From Leptogorgia sarmentosa (Eukaryota), in assembly GCA_964658305.1 (NCBI GenBank), contig OZ210884.1, positions 2,170,001 through 2,234,000 of the forward strand: a DNA stretch of 64,000 bases, given 5' to 3'. A program made the position numbers and the translations under genes. Below the pieces are notes generated by a model. It ran no database searches. It was not told the DNA's origin and saw only the letters and a program-made list of their open reading frames with translations. Of the stretch, positions 55,701-64,000 are shown one piece after another. Each line of letters opens with the position of its first letter. The first letter of the stretch is position 1.

Positions 55701-57850
55701 CTCGTATTTTTATCGCAGGTTACAAATTTTCGCTGCACATTGCTCTTGGCATGGTGAATACGCATGGTAAATTTGGTGGCGACACCATTCAAAATGGAAG
55801 CCACAGAAGCAATCAAGTCCCTTCACCTGGTATGGTATATTTGCTATTGCTATTGCTCCTGTTGAGATTCCTTTGAAACAACGGGCTACCCATCATCATG
55901 CCCTTGCTCGTATTTTTATCACAGGTTTACGAAATTTTCGCTGCACATTGCTCTTGGCATGGTGAATACGCATGGTAAATTTGGTCGCGACACCATTCGA
56001 AATGGAAGCCACAGAAGCAATCAAGTCCCTTCCCCTGGTATGGTATATTTGCTATTGCTATTGCTCCTGTTGAGATTCCTTTGAAACAACGGGCTACCCA
56101 TCATCATGCCCTTGCTCGTTTTTTATTACAGGTTTACGAAATTTTCGCTGCACATTGTTCTTGGCATGGTGAATACGCATGGTAAATTTGGTGGCGACAC
56201 CATTCAAAATAGAAGCCACAGAAGCAATCAAGTCTCTTCACCTGGTATGGTATATTTGCTATTGCTATTGCTCCTGTTGAGATTCCTTTGAAACAACGGG
56301 CTACCCATCATCATGCCCTTGCTCGTATTTTTATCACAGGTTTACGAAATTTTCGCTGCACATTGCTCTTGGCATGGTGAATAGGCATGGTAAATTTAGT
56401 GCCGACACCATTCAAAATGGAAGCCACAGAAGCAATCAAGTCCCTTCACCTGGTATGGTATATTTGCTATTGCTATTGCTCCTGTTGAGATTCCTTTGAA
56501 ACAACGGGCTACCCATCATCATGCCCTTGCTCGTATTTTTATCACAGGTTTACGAAATTTTCGCTGCACATTGCTCTTGGCATGGTGAATACGCATGGTA
56601 AATTTGGTGGCGACACCATTCAAAATGGAAGCCACAGAAGCAATCAAGTCCCTTCCCCTGGTATGGTATATTTGCTATTGCTATTGCTCCTGTTGAGATT
56701 CCTTTGAAACAACGGGCTACCCATCATCATGCCCTTGCTCGTATTTTTATCACAGGTTTACGAAATTTTCGCTGCACATTGCTCTTGGCATGGTGAATAC
56801 GCATGGTAAATTTGGTGGCGACACCATTCAAAATGGAAGCCACAGAAGCAATCAAGTCCCTTCAGCTGGTATGGTATATTTGCTATTGCTATTGCTCCTG
56901 TTGAGATTCCTTTGAAACAACGGGCTACCCATCATCATGCCCTTGCTCGAATTTTTATCACAGGTTTACGAACTTTTCGCTGCACATTGCTCTTGGCATG
57001 GTCAATACGCATGGTAAATTTGGTGGCGACACCATTCAAAATGGAAGCCACAGAAGCAATCAAGTCCCTTCACCTGGTATGGTATATTTGCTATTCCTAT
57101 TGCTCCTGTTGAGATTCCTTTGAAACAACGGGCTACCCATCATCATGCCCTTGCTCGTATTTTTATCACAGGTTTACGAAATTTTCGCTGCACATTGCTC
57201 TTGGCATGGTGAATACGCATGGTAAATTTGGTGGCGACACCATTCAAAATGGAAGCCACAGAAGCAATCAAGTCCCTTCACCTGGTATGGTATATTTGCT
57301 ATTGCTATTGCTCCTGTTGAGATTCCTTTGAAACAACGGGCTACCCATCGTCATGCCCTTGCTCGTATTTTTATCACAGGTTTACGAAATTTTGGCTGCA
57401 CATTGCTCTTGGCATGGTGAATACGCATGGTAAATTTGGCGGCGACGCCATTAAAATGGAAGCCACAGAAGCAATCAAGTCCCTTCACCTGGAATGGTAT
57501 ATTTGCTATTCCTATTGCTCCTGTTGAGATTCCTTTGAAACAACGGGCTACCCATCATCATGCCCTTGCTCGTATTTTTATCACAGGTTTACGAAATTTT
57601 CGCTGCACATTGCTCTTGGCATGGTGAATACGCATGGTAAATTTGGTGGCGACACCATTCAAAATGGAAGCCACAGAAGCAATCAAGTCCCTTCACCTGG
57701 TATGGTATATTTGCTATTGCTATTGCTCCTGTTGAGATTCCTTTGAAACAACGGGCTACCCATGATCATGCCCTTGCTCGTATTTTTATCACAGTTTTAC
57801 GAAATTTTCGCTGCACATTGCTCTTGGCATGGTGAATACGCATGGTAAAT
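49790..57850. repeat. 18-monomer-offset (3740 bp) duplication followed by an 11-monomer-offset (2284 bp) partial re-duplication
   Basis: ORF pairs 49948/53688, 50888/54628, 51403/55143, 51927/55667 (all +3740); 54628/56912 and 55143/57427 (+2284). Confidence 0.85.
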
Positions 57851-60800
57851 TTTGTGCCGACACCATTCAATGTGGAAGCCACAGAAGCAATCAAGTCCCT
57901 TCACCTGGTATGGTATATTTGCTATTGCCATTGCTCCTGTTGAGATTCCTTTGAAACAACGGGTTACCCATCATCATGCCCTTGCTCGTATTTTTATCAC
58001 AGGTTTACGAAATTTTCGCTGCACATTGCTCTTGGCATGGTGAATACGCATGGTAAATTTTGTGCCGACACCATTCAAAATGGAAGTCACAGAAGCAATC
58101 AAGTCCCTTCACCTGGTATGGTATATTTGCTATTGCTATTGCTCCTGTTGAGATTCCTTTGAAACAACGGGCCACCCATCATCATGCCCTTGCTCGTATT
58201 TTTATCGCAGGTTTACGAAATTTTCGCTGCACATTGCTCTTGGCATGGTGAATACGCATGGTAAATTTTGTGCCGACACCATTCAATGTGGAAGCCACAG
58301 AAGCAATCAAGTCCCTTCACCTGGTATGGTATATTTGCTATTGCCATTGCTCCTGTTGAGATTCCTTTGAAACAACGGGCTACCCATCATCATGCCCTTG
58401 CTCGTATTTTTATCACAGGTTTACGAAATTTTCGCTGCACATTGCTCTTCGCATGGTGAATACGCATGGTAAATTTGGTGGCGACACCAATCAAAATGGA
58501 TGCCACAGAAGCAATCAAGTCCCTTCACTTGGTATGGTATATTTGCTATTGCTATTGCTCCTGTTGAGATTCCTTTGAAACAACGGGCTACCCATCATCA
58601 TGCCCTTGCTCGTATTTTTATCGCAGGTTTACGCAATTTTCGCTGCACATTGCTCTTGGCATGGTGAATACGCATGGTAAATTTGGTGGCGACACAATTT
58701 CAAATGGAAGCCACAGAAGCAATCAAGTCCCTTCACCCGGTGTGGTATATTTGCTATTGCTATTGGTCCTGTTGAGATTCCTTTGAAACAACGGGCTACC
58801 CATCATCATGCCCTTGCTCGTATTTTTATCACAGGTTTACGAAATTTTCGCTGCACATTGCTCTTGGCGATGGTGAATACGCATGGTAAATTTGGTGGCG
58901 ACACCATTCAAAATGGAAGCCACTGAAGCAATCAAGTCCCTTCACCTGGTATGGTATATTTGCTATTGCTATTGGTCCTGTTGAGATTCCTTTGAAACAA
59001 CGGGCTACCCATCATCATGCCCTTGCTCGTATTTTTATCACAGGTTTACGAAATTTTCGCTGCACATTGCTCTTGGCACGGTGAATACGCATGGTAAATT
59101 TGGTGGCGACACCATTCAAAATGGAAGCCACAGAAGCAATCAAGTTCCTTCACCTGGTATGGTATATTTGCTATTGCTATTGCTCCTGTTGAGATTCCTT
59201 TGAAACAACGGGCTACCCATCATCATGCCCTTGCTCGTATTTTTACCACAGGTTTACGAAATTTTCGCTGCACATTGCTCTTGGCATGGTGAATACGCAT
59301 GGTAAATTTTGTGCCGACACCATTCAATGTGGAAACCACAGAAGCAATCAAGTCCCTTCACCTGGTATGGTATATTTGCTATTGCTATTGCTCCTGTTGA
59401 GATTCCTTTGAAACAACGGGCTACCCATCATCATGCCCTTGCTCGTATTTTTATCACAGGTTTACGAAATTTTCGCTGCACATTGCTCATGGCACGGTGA
59501 ATACGCATGGTAAATTTGGTGGCGACACCATTCAAAATGGAAGCCACAGAAGCAATCAAGTTCCTTCACCTGGTATTGTATATTTGCTATTGCTATTGCT
59601 CCTGTTGAGATTCCTTTGAAACAACGGGCTACCCATCATCATGCCCTTGCTCGTATTTTTATCACAGGTTTACGAAATTTTCGCTGCACATTGCTCTTGG
59701 CATGGTGAATACGCATGGTAAATTTTGTGCCGACACCATTCAATGTGGAAGCCACAGAAGCAATCAAGTCCCTTCACCTGGTATGGTATATTTGCTATTG
59801 CTATTGCTCCTGTTGAGATTCCTTTGAAACAACGGGCTACCCATCATCATGCCCTTGCTCGTATTTTTATCACAGGTTTACGAACTTTTCGCTGCACATT
59901 GCTCTTGGCATGGTGAATACGCATGGTAAATTTAGTGGCGACACCATTCAAAATGGAAGCCACAGAAGCAATCAAGTCCCTTCACCCGGTATGGTATATT
60001 TGCTATTGCTATTGGTCCTGTTGAGATTCCTTTGAAACAACGGGCTACCCATCATCATGCCCTTGCTCGTATTTTTATCACAGGTTTACGAAATTTTCGC
60101 TGCTCATTGCTCTTGGCACGGTGAATACGCATGGTAAATTCGGTAGCGACACCATTCAAAATGGAAGCCACAGAAGCAATCAAGTCCCTTCACCTGGTAT
60201 GGTATATTTGCTATTGCTATTGCTCCTGTTGAGATTCCTTTGAAACAACGGGTTACCCATCATCATGCCCTTGCTCGTATTTTTATCACAGGTTTACGAA
60301 ATTTTCGCTGCACATTGCTCTTGGCATGGTGAATACGCATGGTAAATTTTGTGCCGACACCATTCAAAATGGAAGTCACAGAAGCAATCAAGTCCCTTCA
60401 CCTGGTATGGTATATTTGCTATTGCTATTGCTCCTGTTGAGATTCCTTTGAAACAACGGGCTACCCATCATCATGCCCTTGCTCGTATTTTTATCACAGG
60501 TTTACGAAATTTTCGCTGCACATTGCTCTTGGCATGGTGAATACGCATGGTAAATTTGGTGGCGACACCATTCAAAATGGAAGCCACAGAAGCAATCAAG
60601 TCCCTTCACCTGGTATGGTATATTTGCTATTGCTATTGCTCCTGTTGAGATTCCTTTGAAACAACGGGCTACCCATGATCATGCCCTTGCTCGTATTTTT
60701 ATCACAGTTTTACGAAATTTTCGCTGCACATTGCTCTTGGCATGGTGAATACGCATGGTAAATTTGGTGGCGACACCATTCAAAATGGAAGCCACAGAAG

Positions 60801-63800
60801 CAATCAAGTCCCTTCACCTGGTATGGTATATTTGCTATTGCTATTGCTCCTGTTGAGATTCCTTTGAAACAACGGGCTACCCATCATCATGCCCTTGCTC
60901 GTATTTTTATCACAGGTTACAAATTTTCGCTGCACATTGCTATTGGCATGGTGAATACGCATGGTAAATTTAGTGGCGACACCATTCAAAATGGAAGCCA
61001 CAGAAGCAATCAAGTCCCTTCACCTGGTATGGTATATTTGCTATTGCTATTGCTCCTGTTGAGATTCCTTTGAAACAACGGGCTACCCATCATCATGCCC
61101 TTGCTCGTATTTTTATCACAGGTTTACGAAATTTTCGCTGCACATTGCTCTTGGCATGGTGAATACGCATGGTAAATTTGGTCGCGACACCATTCGAAAT
61201 GGAAGCCACAGAAGCAATCAAGTCCCTTCCCCTGGTATGGTATATTTGCTATTGCTATTGCTCCTGTTGAGATTCCTTTGAAACAACGGGCTACCCATCA
61301 TCATGCCCTTGCTCGTATTTTTATTACAGGTTTACGAAATTTTCGCTGCACATTGTTCTTGGCATGGTGAATACGCATGGTAAATTTGGTGGCGACACCA
61401 TTCAAAATAGAAGCCACAGAAGCAATCAAGTCCCTTCACCTGGTATGGTATATTTGCTATTGCTATTGCTCCTGTTGAGATTCCTTTGAAACAACGGGCT
61501 ACCCATCATCATGCCCTTGCTCGTATTTTTATCACAGGTTTACGAAATTTTCGCTGCACATTGCTCTTGGCATGGTGAATAGGCATGGTAAATTTAGAGC
61601 CGACACCATTCAAAATGGAAGCCACAGAAGCAATCAAGTCCCTTCACCTGGTATGGTATATTTGCTATTGCTATTGCTCCTGTTGAGATTCCTTTGAAAC
61701 CACGGGCTACCCATCATCATGCCCTTGCTCGTATTTTTATCACAGGTTTACGAAATTTTCGCTGCACATTGCTCTTGGCATGGTGAATACGCATGGAAAA
61801 TGTGGTGGCGAAACCATTCAAAATGGAAGCCACAGAAGCAATCAAGTCCCTTCACCTGGTATGGTATATTTGCTATTGCTATTGCTCCTGTTGAGATTCC
61901 TTTGAAACCACGGGCTACCCATCATCATGCCCTTGCTCGTATTTTTATCACAGGTTTACGAAATTTTCGCTGCACATTGCTCTTGGCATGGTGAATACGC
62001 ATGGTAAATTTGGTGGCGACACCATTCAAAATGGAAGCCACAGAAGCAATCAAGTCCCTTCACCTGGTATGGTATATTTGCTATTGCTATTGCTCCTGTT
62101 GAGATTCCTTTGAAACAACGGGCTACCCATCATCATGCCCTTGCTCGTATTTTTATCACAGGTTTACGAAATTTTCGCTGCACATTGCTCTTGGCATGGT
62201 GAAAACGCATGGTAAATTTGGTGCCGACACCATTCAAAATGGAAGCCACAGAAGCAATCAAGTCCCTTCACCTGGTATGGTATATTTGCTATTGCTATTG
62301 CTCCTGTTGAGATTCCTTTGAAACAACGGGCTACCCATCATCATGCCCTTGCTCGTATTTTTATCACAGGTTTACGAAATTTTCGCTGCCCATTGCTCTT
62401 GGCATGGTGAATACGCATGGTAAATTTGGTGGCGACACCATTCAAAATGGAAGCCACAGAAGCAATCAAGTCCCTTCACCTGGTATGGTATATTTGCTAT
62501 TGCTATTGCTCCTGTTGAGATTCCTTTGAAACAACGGGCTACCCATCATCATGCCCTTGCTCGTATTTTTATCACAGGTTTACGAAATTTTCGCTGCACA
62601 TTGCTCTTGGCATGGTGAATACGCATGGTAAATTTGGTCGCGACACCATTCGAAATGGAAGCCACAGAAGCAATCAAGTCCCTTCACCTGGTATGGTATA
62701 TTTGCTATTGCTATTGCTCCTGTTGAGATTCCTTTGAAACAACGGGCTACCCATCATCATGCCCTTGCTCGTATTTTTATCACAGGTTTACGAACTTTTC
62801 GCTGCACATTGCTCTTGGCATGGTGAATACGGATGGTAAATTTAGTGGCGACACCATTCAAAATGGAAGCCACAGAAGCAATCAAGTCCCTTCACCCGGT
62901 ATGGTATATTTGCTATTGCTATTGGTCCTGTTGAGATTCCTTTGAAACAACGGGCTACCCATCATCATGCCCTTGCTCGTATTTTTATCACAGGTTTACG
63001 AAATTTTCGCTGCTCATTGCTCTTGGCACGGTGAATACGCATGGTAAATTCGGTAGCGACACCATTCAAAATGGAAGCCACAGAAGCAATCAAGTCCCTT
63101 CACCTGGTATGGTATATTTGCTATTGCTATTGCTCCTGTTGAGATTCCTTTGAAACAACGGGTTACCCATCATCATGCCCTTGCTCGTATTTTTATCACA
63201 GGTTTACGAAATTTTCGCTGCACATTGCTCTTGGCATGGTGAATACGCATGGTAAATATTGTGCCGACACCATTCAAAATGGAAGTCACAGCAGCAATCA
63301 AGTCCCTTCACCTGGTATGGTATATTTGCTATTGCTATTGCTCCTGTTGAGATTCCTTTGAAACAACGGGCCACCCATCATCATGCCCTTGCTCGTATTT
63401 TTATCGCAGGTTTACAAAATTTTCGCTGCTCATTGCTCTTGGCACGGTGAATACGCATGGTAAATTCGGTGGCGACACCATTCAAAATGGAAGCCACAGA
63501 AGCAATCAAGTCCCTTCACCTGGTATGGTATATTTGCTATTGCTATTGCTCCTGTTGAGATTCCTTTGAAACAACGGGTTACCCATCATCATGCCCTTGC
63601 TCGTATTTTTATCACAGGTTTACGAAATTTTCGCTGCACATTGCTCTTGGCATGGTGAATACGCATGGTAAATTTTGTGCCGACACCATTCAAAATGGAA
63701 GTCACAGAAGCAATCAAGTCCCTTCACCTGGTATGGTATATTTGCTATTGCTATTGCTCCTGTTGAGATTCCTTTGAAACCACGGGCTACCCATCATCAT

Positions 63801-64000
63801 GCCCTTGCTCGTATTTTTATCACAGGTTTACGAAATTTTCGCTGCACATTGCTCTTGGCATGGTGAATACGCATGGTAAATTTGGTGGCGACACCATTCA
63901 AAATGGAAGCCACAGAAGCAATCAAGTCCCTTCACCTGGTATGGTATATTTGCTATTGCTATTGCTCCTGTTGAGATTCCTTTGAAACAACGGGCTACCC
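57850..64000. repeat. Right-end variant domain with a 14-monomer-offset (2910 bp) block copy
   Basis: TTTTGTGCCGAC, CAATGTGG, AAGTCAC, GGGTTACC, GGCACGG, ATTGGTCC variants; CGAACTTTT 59881/62791 and ORFs 60349/63259. Confidence 0.75.

Larger units (their letters stand above)
1..64000. repeat. Tandem satellite DNA array, 208-bp monomer, ~308 copies, probably (peri)centromeric; family not recognised
   Basis: GGTAAATTTGG recurs at 1, 203, 411, 619... (202 then 208-bp spacing) to the end of the window. Same orientation throughout and no non-repeat sequence seen. The centromeric role is inference from monomer size and homogeneity only. Confidence 0.98.

Noticed and set aside
1235..63866. All ORFs in the six-frame track (61-127 aa, poly-Leu and HHH motifs)
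   Set aside because: They are translations of the same monomer. They appear only where an indel or SNP removes a stop or creates a start. 208 is not a multiple of 3, poly-Leu comes from (TTGCTA)n, and no domain is recognisable.
1..64000. CRISPR-like array
   Set aside because: No unique spacers; the entire 208 bp is repeated, and there are no cas genes.
1..64000. Transposon insertion, inversion or telomeric repeat inside the array
   Set aside because: Monomer phase and orientation are continuous throughout; the largest non-consensus insertion seen is 5 bp.
1..64000. Single fixed-period HOR across the window
   Set aside because: Marker offsets differ by region (416 to 8937 bp) and allele sets are regional.

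Overview
The whole 64 kb window is one uninterrupted, single-orientation, head-to-tail satellite DNA array that runs off both ends. It holds roughly 308 copies of a 208-bp monomer (about 43% GC by hand count). Consensus: GGTAAATTTGGTGGCGACACCATTCAAAATGGAAGCCACAGAAGCAATCAAGTCCCTTCACCTGGTATGGTATATTTGCTATTGCTATTGCTCCTGTTGAGATTCCTTTGAAACAACGGGCTACCCATCATCATGCCCTTGCTCGTATTTTTATCACAGGTTTACGAAATTTTCGCTGCACATTGCTCTTGGCATGGTGAATACGCAT. Monomers differ from consensus by only a few bases; length variants include a recurrent 6-bp deletion (202 bp) and small 1-5 bp indels. I found no genes, RNA genes, transposon insertions or CRISPR spacers, and all listed ORFs are translation artefacts of the repeat. I do not recognise the satellite family or host; monomer size, homogeneity and array length suggest a eukaryotic (peri)centromeric satellite (inference). 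The structure lies in the variants: spatially separate variant domains, local higher-order repeats (HORs) of many periods (2, 3, 4, 5, 6, 11, 13/17, 18 monomers) including nested ones, non-adjacent block copies up to 56.6 kb apart, a dyad-rich monomer with a CENP-B-box-like element, and several variants that look templated by nearby inverted or direct repeats. I found no novel protein-based system.
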